DNA of 29,663 nucleotides from Candidatus Woesearchaeota archaeon. Its GTDB lineage: Archaea; Nanobdellota; Nanobdellia; SCGC-AAA011-G17; GW2011-AR17. The stretch covers positions 1 through 29,663 of the forward strand of contig CAYHOW010000005.1 of NCBI GenBank assembly GCA_964358335.1. The letters are read 5' to 3'. Of this stretch, positions 18,322-26,310 are shown piece by piece. The position numbers and the translations under genes are program-made. The notes under the pieces are model-generated. The model was not told the DNA's origin, ran no database searches, and worked only from the letters and a program-made list of their open reading frames with translations. Each line of letters begins with the position of its first letter. Positions within the stretch are counted from its first letter, which is position 1.

Positions 18322-19499
18322 TTTCCAGTCCCCAAGAATATTTTTAATGCAGCTAATATATCATCTTCGCCAGTTATCCTCGCTGTCATCAGCTTGTCTT
18401 TCTGATTTTTTTTCTCAGCATACTCCTTGATTTCTTTCAGATACACGCCCTCGGTATCAGTCCCGCCGTATACGCGGCCGTAATAGTCGGTGTAAGGCAG
18501 GTCAATCTGGCCGTAGCAGAAAAGGTTTGCCTTAGGCATTATCAAGTCAAGCATCTTGAACTCATCCTTGTTATTTCCCCAGTTATCTCCGTCCGACCAC
18601 TGGAAGCAGTAAATGTTCCACTCTTCAGGATTGAAGAACTGGTTGATGACAAGGTCGCAGAGTTCGTACGCTGAAGCGATTCTCGTCCCGCCAGAAGTCG
18701 ACGTCCTATAGAACTCATAGTAGCTTACCTGCTTAGCAGAGTAGTCATGTATGATATAGATGGACTCTATGCCCTTGTACTGAGACCTAAGGAAAGTATC
18801 AATCCAGAACGACGTCAGCCTGGCTATGCTCTTGTGCCTTTCGCTCATAGAGCCTGAAACATCCATCATATAAATTAATACTGCATCTGACTCGGGCTTT
18901 GTGGTAGTCTTCCACGACCGATACCTCATGTCCTCTTTCCTTATTGTTATTATAGGATCCTCCGGGTCATATTCGCCAGAGGCGATTGTCCTGAACAAGG
19001 CCTGCATGAAGGTAGCCTCGATGCGCAACAAAGCATCAGGGCCTACTGTTCTCGAGCCAGAATACCTGTCGAACTCAGTATATATCCTCTTCTTCCTGCC
19101 TTTATCCTCAACGTTAGGCAGCCCCAACTCTTCCTTCATTATACTTGCAAGAACTTCGAGATTGACCTCAACCTCTATAGAATGCTCACCTTCGCCCTCG
19201 CCGGCTTTCTTACCGTCGCCTTCGCCCTCGCCCTGCTGCCCAGGGAAAAGCTTATCACCTACATTTCCCGGTCCCCTGCCTACTCCACCTTGACCTTCAC
19301 CATCACCTTGGCCATCTTCAGAATTGTCAGGCGCTTTCTTGAACCGGGGAATCTCGACATGTGGCAAAGGTATAGAAATAGTCCCGTCCCTCTTTGGCTT
19401 CAAAATATCGTAGTTCTTGATGATATTCTTGAGGTCTTTCCTTACGCTACCCTTGATGATATCCTCGAATCTTTTTTTGTTCGAGTCTCCGTAAGCCAT
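18318..19499 (-). CDS. yeaH: YeaH/YhbH-family protein (DUF444, vWA-like) with low-complexity Gly/Glu/Asp-rich N-terminal segment
   Basis: DUF444 core (VLIYMMDVSGSMSERHK… = vWA MIDAS-like DxSxS; FCYGQIDL…); N-terminal GQGDGEGQGG…GEGEGDGKKAGEGEGE acidic low-complexity region typical of YeaH/YhbH. Confidence 0.8.
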   Translation of the reverse strand: MAYGDSNKKRFEDIIKGSVRKDLKNIIKNYDILKPKRDGTISIPLPHVEIPRFKKAPDNSEDGQGDGEGQGGVGRGPGNVGDKLFPGQQGEGEGDGKKAGEGEGEHSIEVEVNLEVLASIMKEELGLPNVEDKGRKKRIYTEFDRYSGSRTVGPDALLRIEATFMQALFRTIASGEYDPEDPIITIRKEDMRYRSWKTTTKPESDAVLIYMMDVSGSMSERHKSIARLTSFWIDTFLRSQYKGIESIYIIHDYSAKQVSYYEFYRTSTSGGTRIASAYELCDLVINQFFNPEEWNIYCFQWSDGDNWGNNKDEFKMLDLIMPKANLFCYGQIDLPYTDYYGRVYGGTDTEGVYLKEIKEYAEKKNQKDKLMTARITGEDDILAALKIFLGTGK

Positions 19500-19504
19500 T
19501 TCAA

Positions 19505-21610
19505 TTACCTGTTACGGGCATCTCCTCTTGCAAAGATGCTTGAAGCGGCCTCAAGGACTCTTCCAGCACAGACATCGCAATACCCGAACTCCTTCTTAAG
19601 ATTAGCCTTGATAAGGTCTATTTTCTCCATTTCTTCCTTGGTCCGGACTTCCTTGAACAGGGCGCTGAAATTAATCAAGTCTTTCTTTTCCTCGAAAAGC
19701 TTCAGCACAAGCCCGCGGTAAAGCGTCTCGTTAGTGTCATAGTTGAGCTGCTCCTTGCCCAAGGCGCACCTGGATATGAACGATACAATGCCGGACCTGA
19801 AATTGTCTTTCATAGCTTCGGTAATCTCAATTTTCTCCTCGATGCTTCTCATGAGCTTCTCGTCAGGATCGATCATCCTATGCGGCTGGAACGGATCCCG
19901 AAGCTTCTTCTTCTCGATGTAAGCTTGGAGGTTGTCAAGATACTTTGTGAACAGCGACCGGAGCTCTTCAGGGTTGTTGACTACTGCTCTGTTGACCTCA
20001 TCCTTGATTATCTCAAGGTACTGACCCTGTGACAACTTCAACAAAGCCTTATACTCCTTAATAGTCTCTTCGCTGTTTAAAATGGCGGACTTGTCAAGCA
20101 GCATCTCTATCTGGGCATAGACCTGGAATGGGTTCAAGCAGGACTCATCACGGTTTTTTACTGAGGCATCTCCTATTGCGTCAATGATGAACCTTGTTGA
20201 AATCCCATCCAATCCTTCCCTTTTTGCTTCTCTGATTAGTTTCCTCACATAGTTATCATCTTTATCGGGGAACTTTCTGCCATTGTAAAGCCACATCTTC
20301 TGGACCTTGCCAAGGCCGTCGTCGTTCGCCTCTTTTGGAGCCTCAAGCCTCGTAAGTTCGGCAAAGATTGATGCAAGCTGGAAAGTGTGGGGTGCGATGT
20401 GCTTCCTGACCTTTCCCGGCGTGAAAATCTTACCATAAATTTTCTCTTCTTGATCAAGCACTAAGTTGTAAGGGACATCGTACCTTGATGTCCTGTCCTT
20501 GAAAGCCTTCATAAGCTCGTCTTCCAGCAGCTTCCTGAACTCTTCCTCGTTCGTGTGCCCAAGAATGACCAAGTCGACATCAGTAAGCGCGAACTTCTTC
20601 GGCTTGATCTTCTGTTCCTGTGAAGCGACTAATAAATCGTAAAGGAATGCCCTCTCAAGCTTCAATATTTCTATGAACTCGATGATGCCCCTATTTGCTA
20701 CACAGAGCTCACCATTGAAGTTGAATGCTCTCGGATCCGAGTCGGAACCTAAGATAGCAATCCTTCTGAAATCCATACTGCCTGTAAGGTCAGCGGCATC
20801 CTGGTTTTTCTCATCTTTGGGCTGGAAAGTTCCGATGCCCCTCCTGTCGCCTTCGGAAATGAAGAACCTGAAAACCTTGATATGGTTCATGACCTTGTCC
20901 CAGTCTCCGCCATAGTGTGCCATAAGCATGTCATAGTTGAACCTGCAGTGCGGGCAGAGCTGCCCAATAATATCAATAGGATACTTGACTTTCTCATTGT
21001 TCCTGTTTGCGTCGTTTATGCTCCTTACGAGGTCAGGCCTCCTTGAGACATCCACCAGCTTCAATGGATCTTCATGCAGTTCGCACTCATGGTCGTACAG
21101 CTTGACAACTCCTACGCCTGGGGCATCTACAGTGAACCCAGAATTCTTGTCATCGTAATTGCCAAGGCCTAACCACCTGAATGTGTAGATGGGGTCTACG
21201 TGCGAATTGTTCTCTAAGCCTCTCTTAAGTAACGTTGCGATTGTGCTCTTTGCGCTAGCCACGGGCCCATGCAACAGCAATACTCTTTTCTCCTTGCCTA
21301 GCTTATGTGCTGCCGCATCGAAATGGTTGACAATATTTTCGAGGTGCTCATCAATGCCGAACAACGAATTCTCGGAGGGCGTTCCGTCGGGCTGGAGGTC
21401 CATGAAGAAATGGTAAGCTTTTACCTCATCCCCGAACCTCTTGTACTTCTGCGAACCTTTCTCAATAATCATATCGAATACCCTTTGGTTGGCGTTCCTT
21501 ACTGGCCTTGCATTTTCGTGCAGCAAGTCTAAGTACTCATGCATAGTTATCTCGCGCAAACCTGCATACTTTTCGATTTTACCGCCGAATTTAGAACTCG
21601 TTTCTGACAT
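19505..21610 (-). CDS. prkA: PrkA-family serine protein kinase, paralog 2 (shorter form)
   Basis: Walker A LLHGPVASAKST, PrkA blocks (CPHCRFNYDMLMAHYGGDW, ILGHTNEEEF); ATG at 21610 preceded by AGAGGT SD with ~10-nt spacing (the track ORF start at 21622 is a GTG). Confidence 0.8.
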   Translation of the reverse strand: MSETSSKFGGKIEKYAGLREITMHEYLDLLHENARPVRNANQRVFDMIIEKGSQKYKRFGDEVKAYHFFMDLQPDGTPSENSLFGIDEHLENIVNHFDAAAHKLGKEKRVLLLHGPVASAKSTIATLLKRGLENNSHVDPIYTFRWLGLGNYDDKNSGFTVDAPGVGVVKLYDHECELHEDPLKLVDVSRRPDLVRSINDANRNNEKVKYPIDIIGQLCPHCRFNYDMLMAHYGGDWDKVMNHIKVFRFFISEGDRRGIGTFQPKDEKNQDAADLTGSMDFRRIAILGSDSDPRAFNFNGELCVANRGIIEFIEILKLERAFLYDLLVASQEQKIKPKKFALTDVDLVILGHTNEEEFRKLLEDELMKAFKDRTSRYDVPYNLVLDQEEKIYGKIFTPGKVRKHIAPHTFQLASIFAELTRLEAPKEANDDGLGKVQKMWLYNGRKFPDKDDNYVRKLIREAKREGLDGISTRFIIDAIGDASVKNRDESCLNPFQVYAQIEMLLDKSAILNSEETIKEYKALLKLSQGQYLEIIKDEVNRAVVNNPEELRSLFTKYLDNLQAYIEKKKLRDPFQPHRMIDPDEKLMRSIEEKIEITEAMKDNFRSGIVSFISRCALGKEQLNYDTNETLYRGLVLKLFEEKKDLINFSALFKEVRTKEEMEKIDLIKANLKKEFGYCDVCAGRVLEAASSIFARGDARNR

Positions 21611-21776
21611 TTGTATTTTCACCTCTTAATTATCGGTTTTGTCTAATTTTTTAATATAATTTTAATATTGCTCTGAAAGAGCGTATTTCTGGTATCATAA
21701 AGAAGAGAATGTGCATTAAAAAGCTTGTGACAAAATAGAGTAACATTTATAAAATCTGACATATTTAATGGAATAA

Positions 21777-22436
21777 ATGGCACATACAACAAAAGAGGTA
21801 AAGCATATCCTAACAAATGACATAGCGGTCCAGAGCTGCCTTGCGAGGGATCTTATCAACGTGCGCGGGCTTGCCAAATACATCATAGACAAGTACAAGC
21901 TCAACGCTTCCGTGGATTCCGTCATAAGCGCGATAAGGCGTTTCGATGCAAGCTGCGAATTCTATTCCCACCACAACAGGATAAAGGACTTGTTTGCCGG
22001 CTCCTCGATAAAGACGACGACTAACCTGTCCGTCATAGACATCATAGGCAGGAACGACATCAGGAAATGCCTGGACCAGTTCAATTCGCTTGTGGACATA
22101 GACAAGGGCGACACGCTAAGGCTAGTCAAGGGCAACAACCACATGCGGGTCATAGTAGACGAGCACAACCTGCCCAAGCTGAAGGAAGCTTTCATACTTT
22201 ACGACAAGGTCAATGTGATAAACAATCTGGTAGAGCTCAGCATAATCTCTAAGTCGACAGATAGCCTCAATGAGACGAAGGGCGTCATGGCGAGGATATC
22301 GAACGAGATGGCGATGCAGAACGTCAACATAGTGGAGATGATATTCAACGCAGACACCATAAGCATCTATGTCGACAAGAAGGACTACGTCAATGCGAAC
22401 AGCATCCTTGTCTCTCTTTCGGAGATAAATATATAG
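21777..22436 (+). CDS. putative regulatory protein: N-terminal HTH-like segment plus C-terminal ACT-like small-molecule-binding domain(s), tentative
   Basis: N-terminal DLINVRGLAKYIIDKY resembles an HTH; C-terminal alternating beta/alpha hydrophobic pattern (LSIISKSTDSLNETKGVMARISNEMAMQNVNIVEMIFNADTISIYVD) typical of ACT domains; divergent from the prkA operon promoter, TATA (CATTTATAAAA) ~25 nt upstream. Confidence 0.4.
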   Translation: MAHTTKEVKHILTNDIAVQSCLARDLINVRGLAKYIIDKYKLNASVDSVISAIRRFDASCEFYSHHNRIKDLFAGSSIKTTTNLSVIDIIGRNDIRKCLDQFNSLVDIDKGDTLRLVKGNNHMRVIVDEHNLPKLKEAFILYDKVNVINNLVELSIISKSTDSLNETKGVMARISNEMAMQNVNIVEMIFNADTISIYVDKKDYVNANSILVSLSEINI

Positions 22437-22651
22437 ACTATTAATATCCGAATGAGAAAGTGAGGATTGATTTTAGCGATATCCAAAGCATCTCGCATTC
22501 TTTTGCTGATGAAATCTTAAAAAATAAGATGAATAACATTCAGTTTTCTAATTTGAATCCAAATATTAAAAAGATGTTTGAAATAATCGGAAAAAGATAT
22601 TCGAAGTAAAAGGAAAGCTTTTTATATTACCCGAGGGATTTCTAACGTAAA

Positions 22652-24364
22652 ATGATAAGGCAGCCCATAGTGGTGTTGGTAGGCCATATTGACCACGGCA
22701 AGAGCTCAATACTCGAGAGGCTGAAGGAGATAGTGGTGACTAAGCAGGAGGCCGGCGGCATCACGCAGACCATAAGGTCGTACAACCTGCCTATAGACAT
22801 GATACAGAAGAAATGCAAGGACTTATTGAAAGAGAAGGCATTCTCAGTCCCGGGACTGGTCATTCTTGATACTCCAGGGCATGCGGCGTTCAACAACATG
22901 AGGAAGCGCGGCGGCAACTTGGCCGACATAGCAATCCTGGTCATTGACGTCAACGAGGGCATAATGCCGCAGACGGTGGAGTCGATAGAAGTATTGAAAG
23001 CTTACAAGACTCCGTTCATAGTAGCATTGAACAAGATAGACAACATCAGCGGCTGGTACAGCCAGCCTGACAAGCATCTCAAGGCTAGCTTGGAGAACCA
23101 GAACGAGGCAGTCAAGCGCGTTTTCGACACGAAGTTCTACGAGATAGTAGGGAAGATTTACGAGAGGGGATTTGTCGGAGAGAGGTACGACAGGATAGAG
23201 GACTTCACCAAGCAGGTCGCCATAGTCCCTTGCTCGGCGAAGACAGGCGAGGGCATACCCGAGCTGTTGATGGTCCTAGTTGGTCTGGCCCAGAAGTTCC
23301 TGGAGCAGAGCCTGGAGACAAGCGTCGACAAGCCTGGGCACGGGACAATCCTGGAAGTGAAGGACGAGAAAGGCATAGGGACGATTTTGGATGCTGTAAT
23401 CTATGACGGCCAGATAAGGAGGGGCGACCAGATAGTCATCGGGGGCATCAGCGAGCCGATAGTCACGAAGATAAGGGGATTGTTCGAGGCTGAGAGAGGC
23501 AAGATGAAGCCCATAGAGAGCGCCAATGCGGCTGCGGGAGTTAGGATCGTCGCTCCGGACGTCAAGGGCGTCGTATCCGGCATGCCATTATTGGTTGCGA
23601 ATTCCAATCTTGAGGATGCTAAAGAGAAAGTGCAGGACGAGGTCGATGAGGTCGTCATCGAGACTGACAACGAAGGGGTTGTTGTGAAAGCTGATTCTTT
23701 AGGCTCCTTGGAAGCTTTGATAGGATTATTGAAAGAGAAGGGCATCAGCATCAAGAAAGCCTCTGTAGGGGAGATAACCAAGAAGGACCTGGCAGACGCG
23801 AGCGCAGAGGAGGAGCCGCTGAACAAGGTCATTTTGGCTTTCAATGTTTCCCCAGTAGAGGCGAAAGATGTGAAAATAATTTCAAATAATGTAATATACA
23901 AGATAATAGAGGATTATGTTTCATGGCAGGAAGAGGAGAGGAAGAAGCAGGAAGAGAAGAATCTTGAGAGCCTCATAAGGCCTGCGAAGATGGAAATCAT
24001 CAAGGGCTGCATATTCAGGCAGAGCAACCCGTGCGTGGTCGGAGTGAGGATACTTGAAGGCACGCTTAAGCCGGACGTCGAGCTGATGAAAGCCAACGGG
24101 AACAAGGCGGGCTACGTCAAGAGCATGCAGGTCGAGAACGAGACCGTGAAGAGCGCCGAGAGGGGGAAAGAGGTAGCCATCTCAATCCCAGGAATAATTG
24201 GCGGAAGGCAAATCTTAGAGATGGACATACTTTATGTCGACATGCCGGAACAGCATTTCCGCGATTTGAAGAAGTTCAAGAAGCTGTTGAAGCCAGCGGA
24301 GATAGAATTATTGAAGGAGATAGCCGAGATAAAGCGGAAGGAAAACAACCTCTGGGGCGTTTAG
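22652..24364 (+). CDS. infB: translation initiation factor aIF5B (IF-2 homolog)
   Basis: G domain VVLVGHIDHGKSSILERL (G1), DTPGH (G3), NKID (G4), SAKTGEGI (G5), followed by beta-barrel and C-terminal domains; 570 aa typical of archaeal aIF5B. Confidence 0.9.
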   Translation: MIRQPIVVLVGHIDHGKSSILERLKEIVVTKQEAGGITQTIRSYNLPIDMIQKKCKDLLKEKAFSVPGLVILDTPGHAAFNNMRKRGGNLADIAILVIDVNEGIMPQTVESIEVLKAYKTPFIVALNKIDNISGWYSQPDKHLKASLENQNEAVKRVFDTKFYEIVGKIYERGFVGERYDRIEDFTKQVAIVPCSAKTGEGIPELLMVLVGLAQKFLEQSLETSVDKPGHGTILEVKDEKGIGTILDAVIYDGQIRRGDQIVIGGISEPIVTKIRGLFEAERGKMKPIESANAAAGVRIVAPDVKGVVSGMPLLVANSNLEDAKEKVQDEVDEVVIETDNEGVVVKADSLGSLEALIGLLKEKGISIKKASVGEITKKDLADASAEEEPLNKVILAFNVSPVEAKDVKIISNNVIYKIIEDYVSWQEEERKKQEEKNLESLIRPAKMEIIKGCIFRQSNPCVVGVRILEGTLKPDVELMKANGNKAGYVKSMQVENETVKSAERGKEVAISIPGIIGGRQILEMDILYVDMPEQHFRDLKKFKKLLKPAEIELLKEIAEIKRKENNLWGV

Positions 24365-24404
24365 AAAGCTTAATATATTCTATATATATGATTTGTTTCT
24401 TATT

Positions 24405-24478
24405 GGGCCCATAGCATAACCCGGATATTGCAGTCGCCTTCGGAGCGATTGGCGCAGGTTCAAATCCTGCTGGGCTCA
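24405..24478 (+). tRNA. tRNA-Arg (anticodon UCG), 74 nt, no encoded CCA
   Basis: Manual fold: acceptor GGGCCCA/TGGGCTC (one G-U), T-arm GCAGG-TTCAAAT-CCTGC, anticodon stem GTCGC/GCGAT with loop CTTCGGA (U33, anticodon TCG, G37), D-loop with GG; antisense ORF 24276..24479 shows the classic GFEPAP tRNA-antisense artefact. Confidence 0.75.
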
Positions 24479-24502
24479 TCCATATCGATTAGCAGGGGCA
24501 AA

Positions 24503-24889
24503 ATGAAAAAGGGAATGGATAGTGAAGGGAGAGCTGTCTACAAGTTCAGCCATGGTGTGTGCCAAGGCGGATATCTATACGGGCATAAGACGAAAGAGGG
24601 CTTTACCATAGAAGACAAGGAAGGGCTGAAGAAAGCACTTAGCGCAGTTGCAGAGCGATATGGGCTGATGGATGTAACAATAAAAGCCTATGATGATGTT
24701 TTCTTTATTTTCTTCATGATGAGGCCGTCTCTTGCGCCGCAGAAGATAATCGACAGCATACAGAAAGAGATAGGGCAGATTTCAGAATGGCCTGAAGACT
24801 ATATCTTCAATGGCATTTCAGATTTGCGCAAAAAGAGCATCGAGGAAGAGCTGAATAAGTTGGGGATGAAAGATGAGCAAGGGCAATGA
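24503..24889 (+). CDS. IS200/IS605-like Y1 (HuH) transposase homolog lacking the HuH motif and C-terminal catalytic Tyr (probably inactive/domesticated), tentative
   Basis: N-terminal AVYKFSHGVCQGGYLYGH aligns by eye with TnpA N-termini (e.g. VLYKSNHNVVYSCKYH); the block MDVTIKAYDDVFFIFFMMRPSLAPQKIIDSIQKE occupies the position of …DHIHMLLEIPPKMSVSSFMGYLKGK… but His-u-His is replaced by VFFIF; start moved to Met 24503 because the upstream part of the track ORF overlaps the tRNA. Confidence 0.45.
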   Translation: MKKGMDSEGRAVYKFSHGVCQGGYLYGHKTKEGFTIEDKEGLKKALSAVAERYGLMDVTIKAYDDVFFIFFMMRPSLAPQKIIDSIQKEIGQISEWPEDYIFNGISDLRKKSIEEELNKLGMKDEQGQ

Positions 24890-25268
24890 GCAGATTTGCA
24901 GCGTCTGCAAAGAGAAAAACAACAGGGAAATATGCGATAGATACAGAGATCTTATAAAAAATGGCGCTTCCGAAGAGGCGGTTAAGCGGATGCTGTCCGA
25001 CAAGGAAACAAACAAGGTATGGGAAGAGAACAAGCACACCGCTAACATCCTAGCTGACGCATATTATGAGAGCATCCTTGATGAATTTAAAGGGGAGATG
25101 AAGAAAAGCAGCAAAGAAACTTTTGGCTACAACACATTTGCCGAAGGCATAACTATTGCACTTGACATCATAATGCCTATGCTGGACAAAGAATCTAGGG
25201 CAGTCGTAAAAAGAAAGATAGACATGATGATTAGTGCAAGGAAAAAGCATGGGAAGGGGAGAAAATGA
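24873..25268 (+). CDS. hypothetical protein (131 aa), Cys-containing N-terminus (CSVCKEKNNREIC)
   Basis: ORF overlaps upstream gene by 17 nt and downstream gene by 4 nt (translational coupling); coding-like composition. Confidence 0.5.
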   Translation: MSKGNEQICSVCKEKNNREICDRYRDLIKNGASEEAVKRMLSDKETNKVWEENKHTANILADAYYESILDEFKGEMKKSSKETFGYNTFAEGITIALDIIMPMLDKESRAVVKRKIDMMISARKKHGKGRK

Positions 25269-25885
25269 GAACCATAAAGACGTACGCATTGAGCGAAGAC
25301 ACATTGGAGAAGGACTTGGACAAGTTCATCAGGGCGGCAAAGGGAGGAGCATACCAGTTCGATTATAAGTGCGGCGGCGAAGGCCTGAAACTTATCAAGG
25401 CGTATTTCAGGATGATAGAGGCCGAATACAAGCAGGACAATTATGCCGTAGCAAGGGCGTGCTACAAGAATCTCATGTTCCTCCTGCTGCAAAGTGATTA
25501 TAACTACTTCAATTATGAGGACATCGTTGGCAAGCTGAATTTTGAGAAGTTCATAGGGAACTATTTCACATGCCTGATTCATACATGCGATGCCGATGAG
25601 CTGTTCAAGGAGTATGTCGAATACCTAAAGGTTAAAGTGGATTATGGCTTTGATTCTGCGCATGTCACGATAATCAACAGCCTGCCCGAGCCCAGCTTAA
25701 GCCGGTTCATGGAGTTAGTTACCAAGGAGGCAGAAAATGTAACAGAAGAGGATTATGCAATGCATGACATGATAGACTTACTGCTGGACATGGCCAAGTC
25801 AAGGAGCAATAAGGAAGAGTTTGATAGGCTATCAAAGAAATATGAGCATATACTTGGAGATGATATGGACGGAGAGCTTGCCTAA
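25265..25885 (+). CDS. hypothetical protein (206 aa)
   Basis: ORF in tight overlap chain (ATGA overlaps on both sides); no recognised motif. Confidence 0.55.
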   Translation: MRTIKTYALSEDTLEKDLDKFIRAAKGGAYQFDYKCGGEGLKLIKAYFRMIEAEYKQDNYAVARACYKNLMFLLLQSDYNYFNYEDIVGKLNFEKFIGNYFTCLIHTCDADELFKEYVEYLKVKVDYGFDSAHVTIINSLPEPSLSRFMELVTKEAENVTEEDYAMHDMIDLLLDMAKSRSNKEEFDRLSKKYEHILGDDMDGELA

Positions 25886-26310
25886 TGACCAAACTATACA
25901 TCGACACCAACATACTCATCTATGCTATTGAAGATAGCTTGAATCCCTTCGGAAAAGATATCAGCACATCCTCATCAAAGCTGTTTGGGGAAGCAGCTTC
26001 ATGCAAATATCAAGTAATCATATCGACATGGGCCCTTAGCGAAGTAAGAAGAATCAGGAACATCGATGATTTGGACATGCTGCTGAAAATCGTGGAAAAG
26101 AAAATAATCATCCAAAAGTACACGAAAGAGGATGTTGAACAGGCAAAAAGGCAGAATTCAGATCATTTTCAGGACGAGCTTCATGGAATGCTCGCATTAC
26201 GGGCAGGAGCGGATTACATCGTTACAAGGAACGTTGACGATTTCAAGCATCTCAACAAACAGATTAAGGCAGTAAAACCAGAACAATTACTTAAGCCCAG
26301 CTCTTCTTAA
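25885..26310 (+). CDS. PIN-domain nuclease (VapC-like)
   Basis: N-terminal LYIDTNILIYAIED (first acidic PIN residue), ISTWALSEV (middle), C-terminal ADYIVTRNVDDFK (distal Asp), the classic PIN pattern. Confidence 0.75.
   Translation: MTKLYIDTNILIYAIEDSLNPFGKDISTSSSKLFGEAASCKYQVIISTWALSEVRRIRNIDDLDMLLKIVEKKIIIQKYTKEDVEQAKRQNSDHFQDELHGMLALRAGADYIVTRNVDDFKHLNKQIKAVKPEQLLKPSSS

Noticed and set aside
17512-18430. Plus-strand ORFs of 61–138 aa
   Set aside because: Antisense to spoVR/yeaH; no support.
19181-19313. Repetitive gccttcgccctcgcc-type direct repeats
   Set aside because: Not a CRISPR or tandem-repeat locus: they encode the Gly/Glu/Asp low-complexity segment (GEGEGDG…) of YeaH on the minus strand.
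22530-22610. 26-codon ORF (MNNIQFSNLNPNIKKMFEIIGKRYSK) in the AT-rich spacer upstream of aIF5B
   Set aside because: Too short, no RBS; an AT-rich spacer is expected to contain such ORFs by chance.
24276-24479. 67-aa minus-strand ORF (…SPAGFEPAPIAPKA…)
   Set aside because: Antisense to the tRNA-Arg; the GFEPAP peptide is the well-known artefact of reading a tRNA T-arm in reverse.
24428-24502. N-terminal 25 codons of the track ORF 24428..24889
   Set aside because: They overlap the 3' half of the tRNA, so the start was moved to the internal Met at 24503.
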